Shown here piece by piece: positions 1-12,321 of a stretch of DNA of 64,000 nt. The notes beneath the pieces were generated by a model that saw nothing but the letters and a program-made list of their open reading frames with translations, was not told the DNA's origin and made no database searches. The position numbers and the translations under genes are program-made. Position 1 is the first letter of the stretch, and every line of letters begins with the position of its first letter. The stretch is from the NCBI RefSeq assembly GCF_044704955.1, contig NC_091984.1, positions 105,710,001 through 105,774,000 of the forward strand. The letters run 5' to 3'. This DNA is from Pristiophorus japonicus. Taxonomy: Eukaryota.

Positions 1-525
1 ACCCATCTGTGGGACATTTAACTGCCTGTATCTTTTTAGACACAAAGAAACAAAGACAAGCTCCACTAATGCTCAACTGGTTAAGGTAGTGAACAGTCGA
101 CTTACATAGACCAGGATGGTCTCAAGTGTTCCCTGGGATGTATTGAGCCAATTGCTTGCAACTGGGGTGGCAGGAGCAGGAATGCTCCAATTGGCATCCG
201 TATCTTTGGGGGGTGGGGGGTGGTGGGCATCATCCAGGGTTTCTGCTCCAGATTCTTATTCAGTAACTCCTGCTGGCAATATGAACACCTGGATGCCAGG
301 TGCATATAAAATTAGGCTTAGCTGTGATGGCTCCAGCAATCGAGAAGCTCACCCACACTCACCGTCTAGGGGCACACAAAGAAAAATGAAGCACTGCAGG
401 GTGCACATGCTCACTAGCAAGGAGACAATGTCTTCAGGAGAGAAAAAGGGGAGGGATAAAAAATGTAGATTACTTCTGAAGATGGTATAACTGAATCTAT
501 ACAGTTAGGTACGAGGTGAGCCAGT

Positions 526-773
526 TGTCAGTTATGTAACCACAATGTAACACCACTGTATTACTGTATACACTCAACCTAGATGCACACCTTGACCACA
601 AGGGGTGAACTTGTGGGAGACACTCCTTACCTGATCACACAGGTATAAAAAGGGAGGTCCCACGCAGGGTCATCGTCTTTGGAGTCCTGTGAATAAAGAG
701 TTAAGGTCACAGAGTGACCTTGTCCCCAGAATGTGCCTCGTGTGGTTTCATGCTGTAGAGTAAGGACATTACA
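526..773 (+). repeat. 5' LTR of Gypsy element 1
   Basis: Direct repeat of 5012-5259; contains TATAAAA and AATAAA. Confidence 0.95.
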
Positions 774-809
774 TTGGCGACAAGAAATGGGAATTCACGA
801 CCCACGAGA

Positions 810-3800
810 ATGGCCACCAGTAGCACAGAGGAATGGTATTGTGTTGGGGAAGACTGGGACGATTTTGTCAAGAGGCTTCAGCAAAGCTTTGTTACGAAAG
901 AATGGCTGGGGAATGCAGCAGCCGACAAGCGAAGGGCTCATCTTTTGACCAACTGCAGACCAAAGACTTACGCGCTCATGAAGGACTTATTGCACCCGAA
1001 AAGCCGGCGGACAAAACCTTTGAAGAACTTAGCAAATTGATTGGGGAGCACCTCAAACCGGCGAGTAGCATACATATGGCCCGACACAGATTCTACACTC
1101 ACCGACGTCGTGAAGGACAGAGCATACCGTACTTCATAGCTGACCTCTGGCGTTTGGCCAGCCTCTAAGATCACAGACACCTGCAGGGGGGAGATGCTAA
1201 GGGACTTCTTTATCGAGGGCATCGGTCATGCGGGAATTTTCCGCAAATTAATTGAGACCAAGGATTTGACCTTAGAAGCGGCGGCGTTGATAGCTCAAAC
1301 TTTCATGGTGGGGGAGGAAGAGATGAAAATAATATACGCGCGCAATTCTGCCTCCAACGTGGCAATGGATCAGGGAGTCAACATCATCGATTCGACTCAG
1401 TGCCCCGCAGGCAGACAGGGGTAGTCCGACACTGCCCGGGCAGCAATAGACCCCAGAGTAGGACTTCAACAGAGACAATGACAGGCTGAACGGACATTCA
1501 CGCCATCACAATGTGAGCCGCGATGGAGCCATTGACACCCACTAATAGGATACTTAAGAGCAGTCAAAGGGACAGTCAGCGCGGAATGCCTGGCCATAGT
1601 CCCTTTGTTCCCAACAATGGAAACTTTAACTCATGCTGGAGGTGTGAGGGAAAACACTCAGCTAGATCTTGCAGATTTCAACAGTTTGTCTGCAGGAACT
1701 GCAATCTCAGTGGCCACTTAGTTCGAATGTGCAGGAAGTCTGCAACCAGACTAATATATGAGGCGGATGGACCAGAAGAGGGTTCTTTGAGGCAGGATGA
1801 CTTTTGGGGCAAATCGATGGACGCCAAGGTTCAGCGGGTCCATGTGGCGAATATTCACAGTTCATACACCAAAACGCCACCAATGATGATGAGGGTTTTA
1901 TTAAACGGCATCCCAGTACACATGGAGCTGGACACTGGGGCCAGCCAGTCACTCATGGGCGTTCAGCAATTTGAGAAGCTATGGCCACTTAAAGCCAGTC
2001 GACCCAAATTAGCACGTATTACGGACCTACACTAAAGAAATGTTGCTAGGCAGTGCAACGTTGGCTGTCAAACAATGGGTTAGTGAATCGGCTGCCGCTC
2101 TGGATTGTCCCGGGCAATGGTCCCACACTATTGGGGAGGAGCTGGTTAGCTGAGATGAACTGGAAATGGGGGGATGTTCACGCAAAACGTCATCTGTGGA
2201 TCGAAGTTTGTGCTCACAAGTCCTACAACAATTCGATTCACTATTCCAACCTGGCGTCTGGACTTTCAAAGGCACTAAAGTAGTGATACACATCACCCCG
2301 GACGTCAGGCCAGTGCACCACAAAGCCAGAGCGGTGCCGTATGTGATGCGGGAAAAGATCGAGAGCGAATTGGACCGGCTGTTGAGAGAGGGCATCATCT
2401 CGCCTGTTGAATTCAGCGACTGGGCGAGCCCCATCATTCCCGTCCTAAAAGCGGATGGCTGTGTCAAGATCTGTGGCGACTACAAGGCCACCATCAATCG
2501 GGTGTCCTTACAAGATCAATACCCGCTCCAGAGAGCAGAGGACCTCTTCGCCACGCTGGCAGGCAGCAAGCTGTTCACCAAGTTGGACCTCACTTCAGCC
2601 TATATGACCCAGGAACTGGCCGACGAATCTAAACTACTGACCACCATCACCACGCACAAGTGACTGTTCGTTTATAACAGGTGCCCGTTTGGCATTCGAT
2701 CAGCGGCCGCGATTTTTCAAAGAAACATGGAAAGCCTGCTTAAATCCATTCTTGGAACGATCATATTCCAGGACGACATCCTTATCACGGGTCGACACAC
2801 CGAGGAACACCTCCACAACCTGGAGGAGGTGCTACGCCGACTGGACCGGGTAGGCCTGCGACTCAAGAAGTCTAAATATATGTGTTCTTGGCTCCTGAGG
2901 TTGAGTTTCTGGGCAGGAGGGTTGCTATGGATGGGACTCGGCCCACTGAATCCAAAACAGAGGCGATTCGATGAGCACCCAGGCCCTGCAACACATCGGA
3001 GTTGCGTTCATTCCTGGGACTGTTGAACTATTTCGGGAACTTTCTGCCGAACTTGAGCACGTTGTTGGAGCCGCTACATGTGCTCCTGCGTAAGGGTTGT
3101 GATTGGTTTTGGGGGGACTGTCAGGAACGGGCTTTTGATCAGATGAGAAACCTACTTTGTTCAAACAAGTTGTTTGTACGACCCCTGTAAAAAAAATTGG
3201 TTCTGACATGTGATGCATCGTCCTATGGGGTTGGGTGCGTGTTGCAGCAGGGCAATGCTGAGGGTCAACTACAACCTGTTTATGCCTCCAGGTCGCTCTC
3301 TCAAGCAGAACGGGGATATGGGATGGTCGAGAAGGAAGCGCTTGCATGTGTCTATGGTGTAAAAAAAATGCATCAGTACCTCTTTGGTAGGAAGTTTGAA
3401 TTAGAGACGGACCACAAGCCATTAATATCCCTGTTGTCAGACAGCAAGGCTGTCAATGCCAACGCATCAGCTCGCATACAGCGATGGGCTCTCACACTGG
3501 CTGCTTATGACTACTCCATCCGGCACCGGCCCGGCACTGAAAATTGCGCTGACACGCTCAGCAGGCTTCCACTGGCCACCACTGAGAGGGCAGCGGAGCA
3601 AAGCGCCGAGATGGTCATGGCGGTCAATGCCTTTGACAGCGCAGGCTCCCCCATCACAGCCAGCCAGATCAAAATCTGGGCAGAGATCCCCTCCTATCCC
3701 TGATTAAGAAATGTGTCCTGACTGGGGATTGGGCGCCCGCACACGGAGCATGGCCCGAGGAGGTCAGACCGTTCCACAGACGGATGGATGAGCTCTCCAT

Positions 3801-4958
3801 CCAAGCCGACTGCCTATTATGGGGCAGCTGGGTAATTATGCCCCAGAAGGGCAGGGAGGCATTCATCAGGGAACTCCACAGCGAGCACCCAGGCATTGTG
3901 CTGATGAAGGCCATTGCCCGGTCACACGTTTGGTGGCCTGGAATTGATTCAGACCTGGAACACTGTGTTCGCAGGTGCATGACGTGTGCCCAGCTGGGTA
4001 ATGCCCCCAGGGAGGTCCTGCTCAGCCTATGGCCCTGGCCCACCAGGCCACGGATTCACGTTGATTACGCGGGCCTGTTCATAGGAAAGATGTTCCTTAT
4101 TGTGGTAATGCGTACTCGAAATGGATCGAGTGCATCATTCTGAATTCATGCACGTCATCCACCACCGTGGAAAGCCTACGTGCGATCTTTGCAACCCATG
4201 GCTTGCCGGACATCCTGGTTAGTGATAATGGCCCATGTTTCACAAGCTACGAATTCCGAGAGTTTATGTCGGGCAATGGCATCAACCACGTCAGGACTGC
4301 GCCATTCAAGCCGGCCTCCAATGGCCAGGCGGAACGTGCGGTCCAAATCATTAAGCAAGATATGCTCAGGATTCAAGGACCCTTCCTACAATGCCATCTA
4401 TTGCGATTCCTGCTGGCCTATAGATCCCGACCGCACTCATTCACGGAGGTCCCGCCTGCAGAGCTACTAATGAAATGGACACTCAAAACTCGGTTGTGCA
4501 TCATTCACCCAGTCCTGACCGACATAGTTGAGGGCAAGCGCAAGTCACAAAACGAGTACCATGACCGTAATTCGAGGGGGAGATGTATAGAAATAAATGA
4601 TCCTGTATTCGTCCTCAATCATGCCATGGGGCCCAAATGGTTGAGGGCACTGTAATTGACAAAGAGGGGAATAGGGTCATCGTGGTAAAACTCAACAATG
4701 GTCAGATATGCCGTAAGCATCTGGACCAAGTAAAAAAAAAGGTTCAGCAACGACAAGGAGGAACCTGAAGACCATGAGATGGAGCTCACAACACTGCCAG
4801 TGAACGAGCAACAAGATAAATCAGAAGAATGCACAGTCATTGTGGTCAGCCCGGAATCACCACAGGTGACAGACACTCACGTCAGTGTCCAACAACCAGA
4901 GCCCCAACTGCGACGCTCCATGAGGGAGCGTAGACCACCTGAAAGACTAAACCTATGA
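810..4958 (+). pseudogene. gag-pol of Gypsy element 1, with multiple stops and frameshifts
   Basis: Gag with two Cys/His knuckles (CWRCEGKHSARSC, CRNCNLSGHLVRMC), protease LDTGA, RT FQDD, RNase H CDASSYGVG...EKEALA...TDHKPL, integrase HHCC and VSDNG...AER. Broken across many ORF fragments. Confidence 0.92.
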
Positions 4959-5011
4959 TCCCAATAAGACTTTTGGGGGTGGGGGGGGGGGGAAAGAGAG
5001 AAGAGAGGTGA

Positions 5012-5259
5012 TGTCATGTGTTCAACCACAATGTAACACCACTGTATTACTGTATACACTCAACCTAGATGCACACCTTGACCACAAGGGGTGAACTTGT
5101 GGGAGACACTCCTTACCTGATCACACAGGTATAAAAAGGGAGGTCCCACGCAGGGTCATCGTCTTTGGAGTCCTGTGAATAAAGAGTTAAGGTCACAGAG
5201 TGACCTTGTCCCCAGAATGTGCCTCATATGGTTTCATACTATAGAGTAAGGACATTACA
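5012..5259 (+). repeat. 3' LTR of Gypsy element 1
   Basis: Direct repeat of 526-773, preceded by a G/A-rich polypurine tract. Confidence 0.95.
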
Positions 5260-5557
5260 CCAGTGACCTATGGCATCGCTGAAATTCTACTCCGCAGATT
5301 GAGGTAATGTCACACATATCACTGCCACATTTTTTTTTTAAATCTAGAAAGACCCAGCAAAGAATCCTTTACTAAGTGAGCAACAGTCTGCAAATTCCAA
5401 TAATGCAGATTGCATTTAAAACCACTGACATTTAGAATCTTCCTATAGTTACAAACCAGACATGACTGTAAAGTATTCCTTCCAAGATGCAAAAGGAATT
5501 TGCTGGGAGTGAAATTCTACAGCTGACATATAGCCACAACATCTTTCACTAACCAAC

Positions 5558-5645
5558 CTCTATTCCTTCTGAGAAAATGAAAAAGGCTGTGAAGATCAGG
5601 AATAATCCATTCACAAATCCAGCCAGAACCTCTGCTCGGACATAC
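5558..5645 (-). CDS. SLC30A7: SLC30A7 (zinc transporter ZnT7) coding exon 4
   Basis: 88 bp with AG/GT boundaries; encodes (G)YVRAEVLAGFVNGLFLIFTAFFIFSEGIE, in phase with exon 3. Later exons lie left of the window. Confidence 0.95.
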
Positions 5646-6633
5646 CTGCCAAAGGAAGCAAAATATATATGAAGGAATAGGATAACACTTTGCTACCACA
5701 TGACCAGGAGCATTAACTGGTTTCTTCAAAATTGTTAGACATGTTTGTTGAAAATAACCAGAGTGTAAATGACGGTGCATTTTCCACTAATAGTACATTG
5801 AGGCTATTACTTGTTTGAGAGTTCCCTATTTTGTAACCCTTTCCCATGCTGTCTACACAGTGCTTACATTGCCATGATCATAGCAATGTAATGTTGACTC
5901 TGGACTGTGTTTTAATTTCTTTATAGTGCAAATATAATCATTTCTCGATCCCAAACCTGGATGCATCATACTAGCACATTGATAATGGGATCAGCCTGAA
6001 ACCCCAAGCAAAATTAACATGTTAAAAAAGCAAAATGTTAAGGGTCTGTCACACTGGCTCATTTTGTGATGCCAACAGAGCCTACGTGCTTTCAATCAGA
6101 CTCAGGTTGACTGAAGTGCTCACAGAGGAACTATTGTCAGACTGGTTAAGGCAGCTGCAATTCTGGACACGCATCTTGAGTGCAGAGGTGAGCACATCAT
6201 TTATACTTTTGGAGGAGAGAATCGTATAAAAAATACATTTTTAAGAGTAAGCCAACAACGCTGCAGCATGCTTAATAGTGCTGGGTTACAAAGCATCACC
6301 AACATTCAGCTGTGAAATGATGCAGGATGGGACCAGAGAGGGGAAATAGGAGAGGGAATAAATTGCCAAATTCTTGTACTTCCGTCAGAAATGTAAAAAA
6401 ACAAATCAATGGATCTACGACCTTTTTTTGTGGCGACGTGAGGGAAAAACTTAAATCTCTCCAAGAGATAAAAGCAAAGTCTGGTCTAGTTTGTGGTTCA
6501 TTCTATTAACAGGTGTCAGTGCTGCAACCACCCTGAAACCCAAGCATCTCTGTTGGAGGGAAAAGAGGAAGGGCTTGACTGCTAAATATATGTATATCCA
6601 CGCAATCAAATGGTAATAAGCCTCCAGCTCTTA

Positions 6634-6825
<192 letters not shown>

Positions 6826-9001
6826 TCAGTCCTACAATGAACCATCACCTTTTAGACAATCGTGAACTTTTCCACCCAAGTCTGTTTGAAACTAATATAG
6901 ATCAGCCATGATCTCATTGAATGGCAGAACAGACTCTGTGGGCTGAATGGCCTAGTCCTGTATGTTCCAATACAATGGGTAGCTCAATGTGGGGTGGGGA
7001 GGAGGTGGAAAAGAGTGAAGCCTTCTGAATTCAGGTGAATAAACCAAAAGTTATAGCCCAAATGAATGGTCACCTAACCTAATTTAACCATCCCTACCAA
7101 CCTCTCCGAGGGTACACACAATCTCTGAGCAGCACAGCTCTAGTAAGGAGGACAAAGAAGAACAACTTGCATTTAAATAAACAAAATACTGCAAATGCTG
7201 GAAACACTGAGATTAGGCTTACACCCTTTGTCAGAACATCTTCACTCCAGATGCTGCTTGATCTGCTGAGTATATCCAGTATTTTTAATTTTGTATCTAT
7301 ACAACAACATCTTTAGTGTAAAGAAATGTCATAAAGCACCACAAATAGGCATAAGGAAACAGGCTGAGCTAGGGAGAGATTATGAAGGGAGATGTAGACA
7401 GTTGCAGCTGTCTGAAAAGGCATCAGTACCAACATAATTACTAAACAGGAATCATCAGTGCCAACACTTCACTAGAATGTCATTGTAATGTAAATCAGCT
7501 TAAAGTGGTTTTGGCTGCCACTCTGGACCAGAGCCCATTACTTCTATTTCCTTTTTTCTCTCCCTTTTTTTCCTTTTCTCTTTACCCCTCCTAGACCCCT
7601 CTCTCCTGTCATCAAGCCTTCTTTCACTGCTTTCCTCTCAGGTACTCTCAAATCCCTACCCCAACTTTTCAGCACTTCTCAACCTTCCTACCCTCCTAAC
7701 GCAGTCCCAGGCTTGACTCCCTTGGTCCAAATGGCTCATCAAAACTATCTTTGCTGCCTCATTACAAATAGCAACCCCAACTGCCCCATCCTACTCTCGC
7801 CGCCCAGCGCACACCTGCTTAGGCTGATCTTGCCAACCTCCTGTCTGTCCCCGCGCAGACCCCGTGGACTCTGCCAGTAGATCAGATATCACCGCTCCTC
7901 TCTGCATCTCCCTCCAAAGTGTCTGTTCAAGGTCCTTGTCATCCATGAGCTCATTGTGGATGATTGCATCGACATCATAATTGGACAGAAACCTGGCTGA
8001 GGGGTGATGACACCTTCTCCGCCTGGCTATACCTTCCACCACTGCAGTGGCAGTGAAGCCCTCATCGCCAAATCACATCTTGGTCTATCCCCCTACTCCT
8101 CCAGCACCTTTGAGCATCTCACCTTGTTCCACACCCCTCATTTAAAATTCTCGTTCTCTACCGCCCACTCAAGTACCACGCCAAGTTTCTCACCAAGATA
8201 GCTTCACTGCTTTTCTCCCTCACCCTCTGCAGCGAACAACTTTTCATCCTCGGTGATTTCAACCTCCATCTCAACTCATCATGCTCTCTCTCCTGAGTTC
8301 ACTGCCCTCCTATCCTCCCAAAATCTCTCTCACCCCCTCCCCATATAAATTCCCTGACCCATATTCACGGCCGCCCCCTCGACCTCGCCATCTGACGTGG
8401 GCTTGCTGATCCCATTGTGTGGAAATCACAGATAAGGCTATCTCTGATCACTTCCTTGTATCACTCTCCAGCCACATCCCCCTCCCAATTCCACTTCCTT
8501 TTGTGCTTTCAAATTCCCAACTGTCCAGCCTTTGACCCTTCATTCACAACATTTCTGCAGCCACCAATCTGCTCAATCACTCTCAACTCCACCTTTGATG
8601 TCATTGTTCCCATTAAAACAATGACTCTTTCTCACACCCCGGTCCTTCCCCATTGTATGGCCTTCATCTCCATTCCCTGAAGTCAAAAGGACACAGAGTT
8701 GAACGTCTATAGCGGACAACTGGTTTAAGTAATCACCACCTTATTTGGCTGGACCACAAAAAGCACAGTCGGTTCCTGCTCTCCTCTGCCAAAACTGCTC
8801 ATTATTCCAGGATCATCCTAGAATGCAAAGATAGCGCGCGGCATCGCCTCTTCACTGTTAACTGTCTTCTTAGACCCTCTCTTCCCTGCTTCTTCCAACC
8901 ACACCTTCATCAACAAGTATGGGGAGCTCATGGACTTCTTTGTCACAAAGACTAAGACCATCTATCAGCTGCCTCTGGCACTTCCCTCCCTTCCCCTAGC
9001 C

Positions 9002-10287
9002 CAGGGGTTTTCAACCGGTTTGCTTCCAAGGCCCCCAATCCAGTGCTATAAATGTTCCATGGGCCCCCGTAACACAACACAAGTATTTTTCCAGCATAAA
9101 AATTAATTAGTTATTAAGAACTCTATTTATCATGTCCTAAATTTACATAAGTAAAATACTGTGGATGCTGGAAATCTGAAATAAAAACAGGAAATGCTGG
9201 AAATACACAGGTCAGGCAGCATCTGTGGAGAGAGAAACAGAGTTAACGTTTCCGGTCTGACGAAAGGTTATTGACCTGAAATGATTTTTTCTCTCTCCAC
9301 TGAAGCTGCCTGACCTGCTGAGTATTTCCAGCACTTTGTGTTTTTATCCTAAATTTACATTATCTGCCTATTTGTGGCTCACGGTCTGCTCCACCCCATG
9401 AACCATTTGCTCTTCAGGAAGTGAAAAAGGAACAAGTGCTGTGCTCACTACAGGCCCGTTTTGTGCAGTCGGTCAGACTGAATTAAAAGTAAGCGACTTG
9501 AATTAACAGCACCAGAATGGCAGAGGGACATGAGAGAAATGGACCCTGAGCGACTATACCCACCCGACCATCGTCATAAATCCTGTAGCGACAAAGGCAG
9601 CCCACCTCTTTCCTCCTTCCAACCCTTTCACAAATAGCCAGCGGTACCTCAGAGGACACAAGCGCCCAAACTAGGCCTATCCATCCGTCAGAGAAACACA
9701 TGGCCAGGAATAAAAAGCTGAGTCTGAGGCACGAGGAAAATCGTGATAATGCTTTCAGCTATTTTATTAACTCAGACTGAAGACATTGAAGGAGTATCAC
9801 ACCGGATCCTAATTATTATGGCCTTGCCGTAGGCCCAGAGACTGGAAAGTCTCTTTCCTCCCCCCCCATACCCACCTCCCTCCAAGGCTACGTGGCATGC
9901 GCACTCTCCATTGACGGTGCTCTTTTCAACGCGTGAGCGGCTTCCAAGCAACACTTGGACGCTGCGCACGAGGGGAAAGCAATTATTATGGCCTTTCCAC
10001 AATCCCAGAGACTGGATCAAAAAACAATCTTACCGAGATAAATATTGCTGTAAAAATCAGTGATATGTAAAGGGACTTGTCCAAGCGTTTAAATGGTGTC
10101 CAACAGCAAGAACATGAATTGACTGCACATGCAGTCTTTGTATAGCTGAGACTATTCCACTAGTCTCAACATACAGGAGAGACTGTATAAACATTAGTCT
10201 CCCCTACATAGTGATAGGACAAACCAACTGGCAGACCTCTGAAATCTTCTCGCAGCCCCCTAGACACCCCTCATTTAAGAACCCCTG
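9002..10287. mobile_element. Non-autonomous hAT (Charlie-like) DNA transposon
   Basis: TIRs CAGGGGTTTTCAA and TTAAGAACCCCTG. Degenerate 8-bp TSD ccctagcc/aattagcc. L2 sequence continues on both sides. Confidence 0.75.
9149..9346. mobile_element. Short palindromic repeat, probably derived from Penelope-like termini
   Basis: Inverted arms (GCTGGAAATAC...GGAGAGAG / CTCTCTCC...GTATTTCCAGC) and a 14-bp flanking duplication TCCTAAATTTACAT at 9135-9148 and 9347-9360. Related copies at about 7183-7295 and 20755-20845. Confidence 0.65.
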
Positions 10288-12227
10288 AATTAGCCCACCA
10301 AGCTAAACTTCCCCCAAGGTTGCCCCCTGCCCTAGCCCTGAACTCTCAAGTTTCTTTGCTATCCTGCGAGCTCATCTTGTCCACAAGATCCACCTCCTGC
10401 TCCCGCGACCCTATTCCCACCAAACTGGCCAACCACCCAACTTCCCTTCCTGGCCCCTATGTTATCTGATATTGTTAATGTTCCCTCTTCTCTGTTACTG
10501 TCCGCCCACCACTTCAAATCTGCCATCAGTACCCTTCTCCTCCAAGAAACACACCTTTGACCACTCTGCCCTTGCAAACTACTACCCTATCTCCAAACTC
10601 CCTTTCCTCTCCAAAGTCCTTGAACGTATTGTCGCCTTCCAAATCCGTGCCCATCTTTCCCGCAGCTCCATGTTTGAATCTCTCCAATCAGGTTTCCAGC
10701 CCTGCCACAGTACTGAAACGGCCAAAGTCACAAATTACATTGCGACTGTGACAAACTACCCCTCATAATCCGTCTTGACCTATCTGCTGCCTTTGACACA
10801 GTTGACCCCGCCATCCTCCTCCAAAGCCTCTCCTTCGTTGTTCACCTGTGTGGGACTGCCCCCACCTGGTTTCGTTCTTATTTCTCCAGTTGTAGCCAGA
10901 GAGTCACATGCAACAGATTCTCTTCCCTCTCCAGCACTGTTACCTCTGGAGTCCCCCAAGTATCTATCCTTGTCCCCCTCCTATTTCTCACCTGCATGCT
11001 TCCCCTCGGCGACATCATCCGAAAACACAGCATCAGTTTTCACATGTACACTAATGACACCCAGCTCTCCCTCACCACCACCTCTGTCTGATTTGTCACA
11101 CTGCTTGCCTGACATCCAGTACTGGATGAGCAGAAATTTCCTCCAAACTAAATATTGGGAAGACCAAAACCATTGTCTTCAGTCCTTGCCACAAACTCCA
11201 TTCTCTAGCCACCAACTCCATCGCTGTCTTTGACAACTGTCTGAGGATGAACCAGCCGATTCACAATCTTGATGTCGTATTGGACACAGAGATTAGCTTC
11301 CCATCACATAATTACATATCCTCTCCATCAAGACCGTCTACTTCCACCTCTAACATTGCCCGACTCCGTCCCTGCCTCAGCCCATCTGCTGCTGAATCCC
11401 TCATCCATGCCTTTGTTACCTCTAGACTTAACTATTCTAATGCTCTCCCTGAAAACCTCCCATCTTCCACCCTACATGAACTTGAGTTCATCCAAAACTC
11501 TGCTGAACATATTCTAACTCTTAAATCTTGTTCACCCGTCACCCCTGTGCTCGCTGACCTAAATTGGCTCCCTGTCTGGCAATGCCTCAATTTTAAAATT
11601 CTGTTTTCAAATCCCCCCCTCCACCGCCCCGCCCCATGGACTTGTCCTTCTCATCTCTGTAGCCTCCTCCAGCCCTGCAAGCCCAGAGATCTCTGGGCTC
11701 CTCTAATTTTGGCCTCTTGCGCACCCCCAATTTTAATTGCTCCACCATTGGCAGCGTGCCTTCAGCTGCCTAGGCCCTAAGCTCTGGAATTCCCTCCCTA
11801 AACCTCTCCATCTCGCTCCCCCTTTAAGACACTCTTTAAAACCTACCTCTTTGTTCAACCTTTTGGTCATCTGCCTCAATATCTCCTTCTGTGACTTGGG
11901 TGTCAAATTTTGTTTGATACGCTTCTGTGAAGTACCTCGAGACATTTTGCTACGTTAAAGGTGCTACATAAATGCAAGTTGTTATAGTACAGTAAGTGGT
12001 CACTTAATTCAGTCTCATATTTATGAAGCCAGTTTGAGTTTGAGAGTCCAATGCATTTTAAGCCCTTTAATAATCACGAAAGCAAATACAATAAAAATTG
12101 GACAGATTAAGGAGTATCAATGGCTTAGACTACAAGAGAGGCTGGATTTGCATCAGTTTACAGTAAACAAATCTGCAGAGACGTCTCCTGCTCTGTAAGG
12201 AAATTCTTCCATAAAAATGTAGTTTTA

Positions 12228-12321
12228 ACATTTCATCCCATTTCATTCCCAATTCATTCCCAATTCATTCCCAATTCATTCCCAATTCATTCCCAATTCA
12301 TTCCCAATTCATTCCCAATTC
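12228..12321. repeat. 11-bp minisatellite (CCCAATTCATT)n, about 8 copies
   Basis: Directly visible tandem array. Confidence 0.9.

Larger units (their letters stand above)
526..5259 (+). mobile_element. Full-length Ty3/Gypsy (Mag-like) LTR retrotransposon, disabled; in SLC30A7 intron 4, antisense to the host gene
   Basis: 248-bp LTRs (526-773, 5012-5259) with TG...CA ends. 5-bp TSD CCAGT at 521-525 and 5260-5264. PBS TGGCGAC at 775 and a polypurine tract before 5012. Domain order gag, protease, RT, RNase H, integrase. Confidence 0.96.
7480..11983 (+). mobile_element. Long decayed L2-clade LINE, interrupted by a hAT element at 9002-10287
   Basis: ORF2 fragments (NYYPISKLPFLSKVLERIV, ESLIHAFVTSRLNYSNAL, AFSCLGPKLWNSLP) and an L2-type tail ...AAAGGTGCTACATAAATGCAAGTTGTT. 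The 5' boundary is approximate. Confidence 0.85.

Noticed and set aside
12228-12321. CRISPR-like array
   Set aside because: Contiguous tandem units with no spacers, in a vertebrate genome.
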